A stretch of DNA of 64,000 bases from Laetmonice hystrix (Eukaryota). This document shows positions 24,793 to 36,600 of the stretch, piece after piece. The position numbers were made by a program, and so were the translations under genes. Location of the stretch: assembly GCA_965235115.1 (NCBI GenBank), contig OZ249452.1:16120001-16184000 (forward strand), given 5' to 3'. Position 1 is the stretch's first letter. Every line of letters starts with the position of its first letter. Below the pieces are notes generated by a model, which saw only the letters and a list, made by a program, of their open reading frames with translations, ran no database searches and was not told the DNA's origin.

Positions 24793-25274
24793 TCCTGCGG
24801 TCGAAATATTATCACCGCGGTCGAAATATTATCACCGCGGTGGATAATATTTCCACTACGGTGGAAATATTTCTTGCGTTTTCATTTGAGTTTCATCGCA
24901 AGTTTTGCTGTCTTATTTACGTATACATGTATATGCCTAAAGCTCTATCGTTGTTATACCTATATATACAAGGCCGTAGACGAATAACTATTTCAGTCCA
25001 CGCGCTTAACATCCATATCAAGATGATTAAATAGCCAAAAAACATCAGTTTTTTATATTTCGTAGGGAAAATACGATGTAAAAAAGAGCGTTTTTAAAAT
25101 TTACCCCCTATTACATTGTGTCCCTGTATTAGCCCTATTAAAGTAAGTTTTCGTAGACTTGGGTTTCAATGTCAAATTAATTTGATAAATATGAAAGTTT
25201 TTGTTTGAATTTCCTTTGTTCTACATTCAGGTTGAGTCATTGGGAGTAAGAGGGGAGCTGACCAACGACCTTCG

Positions 25275-25311
25275 CAACAACAACAACAACAACAACAGTT
25301 ACAACAACAAC
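25275..25311. repeat. (CAA)n microsatellite upstream of the UGT start
   Basis: Direct reading. Confidence 0.95.
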
Positions 25312-25359
25312 AGCATTTCGGTTAGGTTCGGCATAATTCGGTAGTCTTCGGGTCCAGTT

Positions 25360-28300
25360 ATGGCTACACTAAGCGCGCACTGCCTTATCGGCAGAGTTAT
25401 CATGATGGCTGTGCTCGGCCTGGCTGGGATAGATGCAGCTCGCGTTTTAATGTTTAATTCATATATTGGCAACGCCACCAAGAGCCACCTATTTGCGATG
25501 AGGAAGATTTCAAAACATCTTCTGTCACGTGGCCATGACGTGACCCTTGCCGTCAGCGTCCATGAATCGACGTCATCAGACGACGGAGAATACGTCAAGT
25601 TCTCGTCTGCGTTCTCGTCTGTGGAGTGGCACAGGTTGGCGGAAATGTACAAGTTTGACAGCACCCAGGGAACAGTTAATTTCCCACTTATGGTTCGGAC
25701 CTTCCAAACGCAACCACCTGAATGCGATGCCATGCTGGCCGATGAAGAGTTTTACAACCGTTTGAAGAAGGAACACTTTGACATTGCTGTCGTAGATACC
25801 AGTTTTCTGTGTGGTTTTCTGTATGCCCGCCGACTTGGATTAAAGTTAATTGTCCTCGAGAATTGTGCACACTTGAGCGGCGTAGTTGATACAATCGACC
25901 CTTTCCCCTTGTCCTACGTGCCCGTCATGTTCTCCGAGCTCAGTGACAAGATGGGTTTCGGTGAACGTATATACAATACATTGGTATATTACGGTGTTAA
26001 AATGTGTGGCCGAATCGTGACGCAACGGTTCAACTACCTGGGACAGAAATATGGAATAACCAAAGGAGAAACAGTCGCCGATATCAGAAGCTCAGTTGAA
26101 CTCTTCCTGCTCAACAACGACTTTGCCTTTGACTTTCCTCGACCGATGCCTTCAAATGTTATAATGGCGGGAGGTATTATGACAGAACCAGCCAAACCTT
26201 TACTACCGGTATGTTTACAAATCTGCAACACTATATCTTCGTATTTCTCCCTTGCGTTTCTTCTTGCTTCTGTTGTAAAAAAATAATAGGTTACAATAAT
26301 TCTTCAACGAGCTCTAAGTATTGCCTATGAAGAAAAGGATAGGGTGCCTGCCATCAAGCCACGACTACACTTCTTTCGGGTCGTTTGTAATATTCAGACA
26401 TAGTGAAAAGTGCAGACATTATGTCTCTTTTGTTTTCGAAATCAAACGATACCTAATTTAAAAGATGACAAAAATTTAAAAAACCATTATTTGTATCAAT
26501 GTTACCGGTTCGAGGCTAGACCTATTGTCAGAACCAATCAGCCTAGACTAGCGTGACATTCAAAATGGCGGACTTCCAGCTGTCACTTCAACTTTTGTAA
26601 CTATTGGAATAACAATATTAACATGCAAATGAACACCTAACGTGGCGTAGGTATCTGAAATGTGATATTTCATGAAATACCCCTCGTACAGAACTGAAGA
26701 CTTGTCTATTATCTTTAGTCTACGCCCATAAGGTACTGTCGGCAGTGAGCAGGGACGATGTTTTGATCACGTGATTTGATTGTGCCGCAATATAGCCTAG
26801 ACGTCTAGGCTGATAAAAGACCTTCAGTTCGTCTATGCAGACTTAGGACAATCTTCTATGTCTCGATGTCGTGATGCTTCTTCTGTTAATGGTTGCTACT
26901 ATGCTCAAAATCTGTGATAAGCTAACGTGTGGTTCAGCAGAGCCTCCAACCAGGCTGAGCCAAGCCTAGACAGGCCTACTGCATGGCGTAGTTGCTGACA
27001 GCGCCACCTGTCGGATTAGTTCTGATAGTACCCCATTGTGTCCTAAGACAAAAGAACAAAATCCCGGTTTCTGGTATGCGCGCGTCACTTCAGAAGCACA
27101 TAGCATGAATGTGTGAATTGTGCTGCCACCTGGCTTTATGGCTTAAAACTAACCATAGTTCTAATGGATATTTCTTTAACACTGCGTGTGTTGTGTTCAA
27201 GGCGATTACAGCCAAGGTCATGGTCCTTGTTTATGGGTTCATCTTGTCCCCCCCCCCCCCCCGCAAAAAAAAAAAAAAAATTAAAAACCACGTCACCGCA
27301 CCACTTGAAATGTTCTTCATTCCAGAAACCGAGAACTTTGTTTCTGTCTATAACCATTCTTGTATCTCTGGTATTTCTAGAAACCGAGAACTTCGTTTCT
27401 GTCTATACCCATTCTTGTACCTCTGGTATTTCAGCACTTTGAGCAGATTGTCAGCGATGCCAGATCTGGGGCTGTTGTTATATCGTTTGGTTCCTTCAAA
27501 GACATTGGTGCAGTTCCCCGACTCCAGGCCATGGTAACCAAGGCACTCTCCAAACTTCCTCAAGTCATAATTTGGTCCACTAAATACAAACCGGACCATT
27601 TACACGCTGATAACATCATGGTGTATGACTGGATCCCCCAAAATGACCTCCTAGGTACGAGCAGAGGAGAGTAGAGACCAACACTATAACTTCTCAAGTG
27701 ACATATGTCCACAATCAGATCGGCATAAAACAACTTGTCGGACTCTGATGTTAAATAACTCTAAAAGCCTATGTCACAAGCTTCTAAAAATTCACAGGAG
27801 TAAAAACCGGAATTGTTTTAATATCTCGTAAATAGTATATATATACGTGCTTAGCAATACTCTTTATTATTAATCACTTCCTGAAATACCTTATAAAGCT
27901 ACTTTATATTAAGTCTGCATGACCCGTAATGTTTCTAAATATAAAATTTACCTTAGGTTTATCGTAAACCTCCTGTATAATATGTGACCGTTTCTTGATT
28001 CTCAAACATGAACCAACGGTTGCTGTTGATTGACAGGTCACCCGAACGTGAAGGTGTTCGTCACCCATGGTGGGGTGAACGGATTAATGGAAGCGTTCTA
28101 CCACGGTGTTCCCATGCTCGTACTACCCGGGGGGCTTGACTGCAACGACAACGCCGTCCGAATTGAGCGCAAGGGGGTCGGTTTGGTCATCAGGCCCCGT
28201 GACGTTACGTCAGACCTCATTCAGTCAGCCGTGACAGAACTTATCGTCAACAAAACGTAAAACCCAATCTCCAGGCATTTATTCCCCCATGATAACATCC

Positions 28301-28899
28301 CTATGCATGGGGGGGGGGGGGGGGGTTACTTAGAGGCAGATATTTTTGGAGATGTTCCCATGGGATAGCCCCTTCCCCTATTATACCCTTTTTCGACCCT
28401 AATATTATTGCATTGTCAACTTAAACACTTTAATCTATACAGGGTGAGTAAAAACAAATCGCTCTTTTTTTACTTCGTATTTTCCCCTCGAAATATAAAA
28501 AAGAGATTCTGCATTAATTTTGGCTATGTGATCATCTTAAAATTGATATACTATAACCTACGTCTATGGTCTCATAGTGCCCTATCTATATCCCATCTCA
28601 AAAACGGTTTCAGGTACAAGTCAAACGCCAAGCGTCTGTCGGCCATCATGAGGGACCGGATATTATCACCAGTCGAGACAGCCTCGTTCTGGATAGAACA
28701 CGTCATACGTCATGGCGGCGCCAACCATCTACGTCCCGCAGGAAATGACCTCAGTTTTGTGGAGCTCAATATGCTAGACGTAAAACTAACATTTCTTGTG
28801 GTAATTCTTGTAATTGTTTATGGCATGTACAACTTGTACAGATACTGTAGTCGTCAGTGCGAATCTTCACCAAATAATTATAAGCTAAAAGCGAACTGA
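25360..28899 (+). CDS. UDP-glycosyltransferase (GT1, UGT1/2/3/8-like ER membrane enzyme); 4 exons, ~510-524 aa
   Basis: Exons 25360(or 25402)-26208, 27435-27654, 28037-28256, 28614-28899 in phase. Signal peptide, catalytic SH (KSHLF), DIAVVD, PLSYVP, signature [43 protein letters not shown], C-terminal TM and KLKAN* ER-retrieval motif. Confidence 0.95.
27324..27434 (+). repeat. 55-bp tandem duplication ending at the UGT exon 2 acceptor
   Basis: AGAAACCGAGAACTT(T/C)GTTTCTGTCTATA(A/C)CCATTCTTGTA(T/C)CTCTGGTATTTC at 27324 and 27379. Confidence 0.9.
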
Positions 28900-30673
28900 C
28901 AGAAACGTTTAGGCCTGCTGCACTTACATATTATATTTTATCTTGACCACCCGGACCTTGGCTGACTGTCAATCTGACAGTGTCGAAAACAACAAGTCAA
29001 CTTGTCATATCCTTGTCAATAACTAGCTTATATCCTTGTCAATAACTAGCTTGTCGTATCCTTGTTAATAAATGCACAGGTCACTTCCAGGACCCTCATG
29101 TTCCTCCGCCTGAGAACTGTTTCCCGTCGTTAGTTGATCCTCATGACTCTCACTGCAAGGTGCTTCCTGCCCTTCCGTCTGCGAACCGTTTCTTGTCCTT
29201 GTATTTAGTGAGTCCTCCCGACCGTCACTGCCGTAATCCGCATGCATGTCCTGAAACAAAGTACCAATAACTGTTAAAGTTATTGGTACGTGTTTGAAGA
29301 GTGAGATGTTTAAATAATTTTAAAAAGCAGACGTAGCTATTACGTACCTTTCTCGACAGATCGGCCTTGTGTCCGTTAAGTGCTGGGAATTGAATGCTTG
29401 CATTAGCTTCTGGCTTCCGGTTTAAGCAAAACATGGGTCGGCTTGCCGTTACAACAGACTTTTTGACGACTTTTTGGCAAGGTACCTCGTCAAAAATTTG
29501 TCACTTGGCTTGACAAGGCCAAACTCGTCAGTTGACAAGGAATTGACGACTCAAAGTTTTTAGTGTACGTCCTCTCGTGTTCACATAGTCGACAGATATA
29601 ACAGTATTTCTGAAGTTGATAGGCCTATCACTAGAAAAGTGACTTGGAATACCATATTTTTTGAAGACAAGGGGTCGGTTTCTCAGTCGTTGGGCCAGTC
29701 GCTTGCCTAACTCGGGCCAGGAATATATATTAATGGACTGTTCAACCGGCCTGCAAAAAGAAAAAAACGGTGAGGCAAGGATGGCGACTTTTTGTGGGTC
29801 TCAAATGTGACAAAGAAACTGCATTTCTTTAAAAATGCAAGGTTGAAGGGTCATTACCCCTCGTTATAATTGTGTGTGTATGTGCGGGGGGGGGGGGTGT
29901 TTGTGGGCGAGGGGGTGGGCGTGTGGGTGGGGGGTGGGTGTGGGAGGGGGCGCTTGAATCCCCCGATTGTCTCCTGATTGTGGAGAGGTGAGGGTGTAAC
30001 TCGACGATATATGTGGCACGACTAGGAAAACAAACTGTCAGTGGGCTCAATCTGTGGCAAGGTTCCATATCAGTTGGCTGTCAATGTGTTATTCAGTGAA
30101 AATGTTTATCAGCGTTTGGTCAGGCAACCTGATCGTCGCGATATGATCCCGGACGACCTTTCGCCGGGAGGTGTGTTCGCGTGTACGCGATACGGCTGTG
30201 ACGTCACAACGACCGTCCGTAAATGCTCCCGGAGCATTCCATTCGATTAGCTGCCTATGTCCGTTTTGGGGTTGCAGGACCGTAATTTAGAGGGCGAAAT
30301 AATTTCGATCGAATTATTGAGGGGGTTAGACGAACAGAGTCTAAGGTTCTCCCTAGTTGAATAGGATAATCCTCCAGTGGCAACAAATGGCAGAACGATA
30401 ATTCTATCAAGATTAAGCTATAATGCATACTCAACCAATGCCATTTTCTACTCGCATATGTAAGCTATGACAACCGAGACGTTCTATTCTGTAACATTTC
30501 ACAATCTTGGCACGTGAAATGTATTGAGTTGATAAGCGAACAGATTGTCCAGTGGGCGGAGCCGATGACGGTTGGTCTGTGCACGGGGTACGGCGTGCCG
30601 ATATCCATACTTGTATTTCTTCCCTGAGTAAGGTTTCTGCAGTTTGTAAATCTAATTACCGGAACCGTCGACA

Positions 30674-33600
30674 ATGGCGGAGTGTGGCACGCAGAGTATT
30701 TTTATAGGTAGGTTACACATGCGCTCACGATCACGATGTGTGGCGTTCAGGTTGTCAGCCTTTAAGTCCTAACACATTAACAGAAATAATCACCAGATTA
30801 TTATGAGTCGCAAACTGTCTGTCAGTATGAGTAATCGTAGCATTACACGTATTATAAGACATATTCAAAATATATTTGAAATTAAGGGATTGATTGATTT
30901 TTAAAGAACCAACAGTTAATGCAACATCACTGCCGTTGGCTTTCAGTGGTAGCCCACGCATGGCTGATAAGTCATAACATTGTCAGGTGTGGGAAGACAG
31001 GTAGGTGTGTAGGGTTGTTGGGGGAGGGGGTGACGATCGAAGGGTGACGAAGGGTGCATGATTTAAAGANNNNNNNNNNNNNNNNNNNNNNNNNNNNNNN
31101 NNNNNNNNNNNNNNNNNNNNNNNNNNNNNNNNNNNNNNNNNNNNNNNNNNNNNNNNNNNNNNNNNNNNNNNNNNNNNNNNNNNNNNNNNNNNNNNNNNNN
31201 NNNNNNNNNNNNNNNNNNNNTGCTAGATGATTCTATGCACAGTTTCTATTAAGGCATTAAAATGGCTCCTCCACTATATACCCTCTCGAACAAGAACATC
31301 ATGAAATCTAACGTTTGCAGTCCTACAGTGCATCGTTCCTATTCACATTTACACAAATTATACATCCCAATGTCATGACGTCTTCATTTTACAGGGCCAT
31401 ACTTTCTACAGTCTCTTTCCTATCCTGGAAAACACATATCACTAAATATTGCCGGGGAAACTATTCTCAGCGTTGGAAATGGTCGCCGTTTCTTTTGTCA
31501 AACGCCAGGCTTGACTAACCAATCAGGAAGCTTATCTATCGAGTCTGCCGACAGGCCGAATTACTTCCTGCGTAGGAGAGGCCGGAAGCTCTTCCTCGAG
31601 AATCTCGAGACCGCACGAGACCCACATCTGTTTGACTCGGATGCCACATTCGTTCCCCGGTACATGAGAAGAGCAAACACTGTGTTGTTAGAATCGAGTA
31701 ACCTTCGTAATCACTTCATCTCAGCGACAAACGACAAGGTATCCTTACAGGAACTTGGTAGAAGCGACAGATCAAGACAGAGGGCCAGCTTCAGAACAGT
31801 GCAAGGTATTTCCGCTAGGGGGCTGTGAGAGCTCAATGGGAACTCAACACCGACAGATAGTGTTAGATGTACTGTCGTATATAGCTATCGTTGAAGAAAC
31901 TACAGTAACACGATTAATTTAATTCCTATTAGGTTCAAAGTTATATTTTTCCAAATGTTACGATTAGGCTAACTCGCGCAGATAACCTCCTAAAAATTTC
32001 GTCTTTGGTTTAGCAATTTACGGCAATGAGACCGCTGGCGCCACCTGGCGGGCCAAGTTTTATTAGGCCGTTACAACCCCCCCCCCCCCCCCCCAATAAT
32101 CCCCGTATTATATCTTAGCAAAATTATGATTTGACCGTCTTAGTTTTGGGGATCACGTTTAGTCTCGATCACCAGAGCCGTTTTCCCGCTAGAGGCCGCT
32201 CGATGCTCGGAAAAAGGGGCTGGACATTGTGACAGAAAGGCGCGGCATTGTGACCTAGAAACCTAGACCTTACTCTGGTCCCCTGCTCTAAATACCGGCT
32301 CCGCGAAGCGAGAGAGTAGGCAGGTCAGGGTGCTGATATCTTTTGACATCAGCCCGCAAAATTGTTTTTGCGTCCATATCCAGCTTGGAGGACTGGTGGT
32401 CAATTCTAAATCACGTTTGGAAAAACGTCAATAGATGGAGCCACTATTGACCCATATTGTTTTATGTTCACGGTCAACTGAAGGTCCTTAATTATTACCT
32501 TGAGTCGTTAACCATGCCCAGACATCATGTCACCCGAAGTGGCGCCACCTTGCGAGACGCTTCCTTTGTTTCATGCTCTCATCTCCAGGGCCAGTGTGGT
32601 TAGACTCGTACAACTCCCGTCACCTCAGCCTAGAAGTTAGTTTACCTGATTCCCGCAAGGTGTCGCTCGCAAAGAACGCCACCCGTCTGCTGCTCGTGTT
32701 CCCAGGGTTGACAGGGCAGGAGGGTAGCGTCTCCCTGGAGGTGATGGACAGCCCTGGAGTATATCTCCGTCATTACAAGTACGGACCTCACACTACTACC
32801 TCAAAACTATCCCCAGACCAAGACGTTTAATATAGATTCTACATGTAAAGTAGAGGTGACAAACTAGAAACTAGGCCTATATACGGGAATCCTGCCTCTT
32901 CCTGATTCTATTAAATTGGCGGATAGAACTAATTTAACAGAAAACTAAGGTAGGCATTGGTGTGTGTCTGATTTTATATGATTCTTCACCCCCCCCCCCC
33001 CCATGCTAACATCCTCACAAAATTTTAGAGTTAAAGTTAGGGCCAGGGATAAGATGAAATGAGTTCTGGGTCCCGGGAGCAGGCGTCGGGATTAGATTTT
33101 ACGCCAGGAATAATAACAGTTTCTTAGTCACTTCAACCAAATTCCATGCATGTTAGCATAGAAGGTGTACAGGCTGATCTATTAATTTGAGAAATAACAG
33201 TAAATTCTAATGTATTGTAGCCTGAAATTTGTGAACGCCAGTTATTGGACTGTGTGTGTTCTGACTGCTGCAGCTATCTGGTTAATGCCGAAGACAGGAA
33301 GAACCAAAAAACCCAGACAGTATTCGACCAAGACGCCACCTTCTACTTAAGGTGAACACTAATTTGTATGCGTGGCAGCAATACTCTAGTAATACTATCC
33401 AACTTTAACACAATACTATAGGGTATGTCCTAGTCACTTTATTATTTGGAGAAATGGGTGAAATCGCGATTGCTGGCCATGTTGTCTTGCTATTTTAAAA
33501 CAAAATCTTTGATCCAGTATCCAGCAGTTCTTTCTCTCCCCTTGTAATCCTTTATATTGCCAGCGGGAGATGTTGTATTGAGAACGTCACCTGTTTAGAC

Positions 33601-36600
33601 TAAGATTGACAAGTACACGGCCTCTGCTCTGATTGGCTACATGTTCTCGCAGACATCACGCGTGGTACGAGAACACTGTGTCGTTCGAGTCAGCCAACAT
33701 GCCAGGCCACTTCCTGCGTCATCAGAACTCGCGAGTGCGCATGTCAGAAAACGACAGCTCTGAACGCTTCCGGAAAGATTCTAGTTTCAAAAGTAAGCAT
33801 ACAGCGCTGCCTACATAAAACAAATAATTAATATTCAATTGTAGCACTAGTGGTGTGTCTCATCAAGGTGTTAATGTCATAAATATTTCTAACTCTTTTA
33901 AGTAATAGTGTCGTGGTGCCAGGACTGTCAAATATGTTTTTACCTTTTATGTTGCTTAACTTTACATTTAGTGTCTCCAACACGTGGCTTTAGAGTCGGT
34001 ATGTAGCTTTAATCGTTTCGAAATCATTTCCCCGCATGTGCAATCACGCAAACACGACGCATTGTTTAATGCATCACTTGGTAATCCCTTGAACAGTACT
34101 TTACTTTTTAAATGTACATTTTAAATATTAAGCTATCATGCAGACAGTTGTCTTTACGTGTTGTCGTTACTCATCAGGCTAACTAGACTTGATCCATTCG
34201 TACCCGGATGTACTGCCGGATATATTGTCCAAATGGCTGGGCTGCGTGCGCACACTGCTATGGAGATTAAATCAAATATAGCCTCACGGCACATTGCATG
34301 CTGGGAGAGTGTGTCGGCTTGCATGATAACAACGCTAACAATAACATGAATCACAAACCATCCGGCACATTATTTGTTCCACTAAATTGCCGATGGCTAC
34401 TTGTAAAAATCAAAAGCCTAAAACCTAAAATCGGCAAAGTGTAATATATCCACCAGGGTTTTCGCCTGTTCCTGAAAAGATATTCCTAAAATAACCATGT
34501 AACAAAAGAGAATCAGATCCTTTTTTTACTGTAAGGGGAAGATGGTTGTGCTAAGGGTGGAGTAATTTGTGTCGTTCCGTTTTCAGTACGAGAGGCGAAA
34601 ACTATGAAAGAATCCGTAACAGACGATTCAGGGAATGGTAAGGGTCACTGAGATATGGTCACAGACCAGTGGCATGACGTTCGGCTGTTAGAAATGTAAT
34701 GTAGTAATGTCATAAAGACAGTCCGGTAGTCGTAAAATCATAACTAGGAATAACCTACTCTTATTAAATCTAACGTAAGAGCGATCGCCTTTTGGCCTAA
34801 CCTTTATTATAGATCTACCCTGTACATAATTTCGTGGAAAAGTTAGATCTAGGTACCATGCGGAATATGGTAAAGGTCTCTCTGAATGTTGTCAGAATCA
34901 GGAGACTACATCCGGTTGTCACCCGGGGCTGCGGCAGGCGTCTCAATCGGCACCATCGTGGTGGCCTTGACCTTCATGGCCGTCTTGATCAGCTCTGATC
35001 GTATCTCAGCCGTCTGCTGCAAGGATCGCGTGGCGTTCCGTAAAGAGGGGCGTCGACGTTACGACACGAACGATGGGGATGGGTTTGACAACCCGTCTTA
35101 CGGCTACACCTTCCCGGCCCAGCTTACTCTCATGTACTCCCCAGAGGGCGGTGTGCAAATGAGGAAAGCGTCCGTCCTCGCTAAACCAGACGTGATGGAA
35201 CAAGCGCAGGACGCGGTAAAACACGGAACCGTTGACACGGAAAAGGGAAATTCGGACCGCCCTGGAAAACATATCACCTTTTCACAACCGGAAGTAGTTC
35301 AGGTAAACGGAAGCGGAAACTTCCTGAATCCACTCTATGAAAGCGAAGGCACCAATAGGTCCCTGGTTCACCAGTCCAGTAATGACCTTTTTGTTGACCC
35401 GGAAGCTATCGAATACAACGCCATGGCCGCGAGTGGCCTTCCAGGAATGAGCAACCTTGAAATGCTGGGTGACCTCACCAGAATGGATGCAGAGGTCAAC
35501 CAAGTGCATGTCACTGTTCTACCTGAACCTTCAACCGACTACAGCGCCTCTAGCGGTGATGGCGTAACGCAGGAAACCACTTCCGGTGCCGCCGTACTTG
35601 CCATAAATTACAGTGATGATGAAGACGCGGACTATATCTTACCGACGAGCCCTGTATTAGCTGGTTTGGGAGACCATGACTCAAGCACAGTGGTGGCAGA
35701 AGAGGTAGACCCTCCTGCACTGCCAATCTCAGATACATATCAAGATGTCGACGCGACCCATGCTTCCGAGACACCTGCGGAACAGTCTGAAACTATCGAA
35801 CAAGGTACATACATCTCAAATAATGTGATACTTGTCCAATAGAGGGAATGGTAGACATATCGGGTAGGTATAAAATTACTGTTAAACTGTGACGTTAAAT
35901 ATTTTAAAATCCCTATGTCACAATCTACTAAAAATTTACATGAGTAAACACCTTTATGTTTTTAATATATCTACACGGTGTTGTTTTTAAGTAGGTATTT
36001 GGAATAGTCCTTACATGAGACCAAAATTATAATTGTGTCTCAAAAATGGATCAGCTGTAATAATGTCCTACTTGAACAAACGTTTCATATTGGTCGCATG
36101 TGAGGACTCTTTCAGATATCAACTTGAAAACGTCAAAGTAGAACAAGTTGTTTTTATGCCAACCCTATAGAACTTCTTGTCTATTCATACTTCTTCTAGA
36201 TCGATGTCGAACTTTCCTAGTTAAATACCACTAGTTGACGGGTATTACATAGTAGTAAGATGTTTACTAATGCTCTAACTTTCCTTTATTGTAACTCAAT
36301 ATTTCATATAGATTCCTTACAAGACCGCATGATGACACTATGTCAGTCATTATAACTCGATCAGAAAGGAGGCGAATATTTTCAGTGTCATATTTTGTCA
36401 ATTCAAATGTCCAGTGATATCAACATGAAAGCGCAGAGTGCACTTTAGCTTAATCCCATAACTGCACCTTATGACCCCTATTTGGTACAAAGTCCTCTTT
36501 ATTGATTCCACCATGATGATTTCAAAGAGCCCACCTCTGTATATTTCAGACTAGAATAGCAAGAGGCGCATACATTGTGTACAGGTAGAAGTGAACCTTC

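Noticed and set aside
24829-24845. TATCACCGCGGTGGATA resembles a phage lambda operator
   Set aside because: Three mismatches to consensus, explained by the local palindrome and duplication; no phage context.
31395-33792. Bacterial or fungal contamination as the source of the AbfB domains
   Set aside because: Split by canonical in-phase introns and contiguous with animal genes and host-type repeats.
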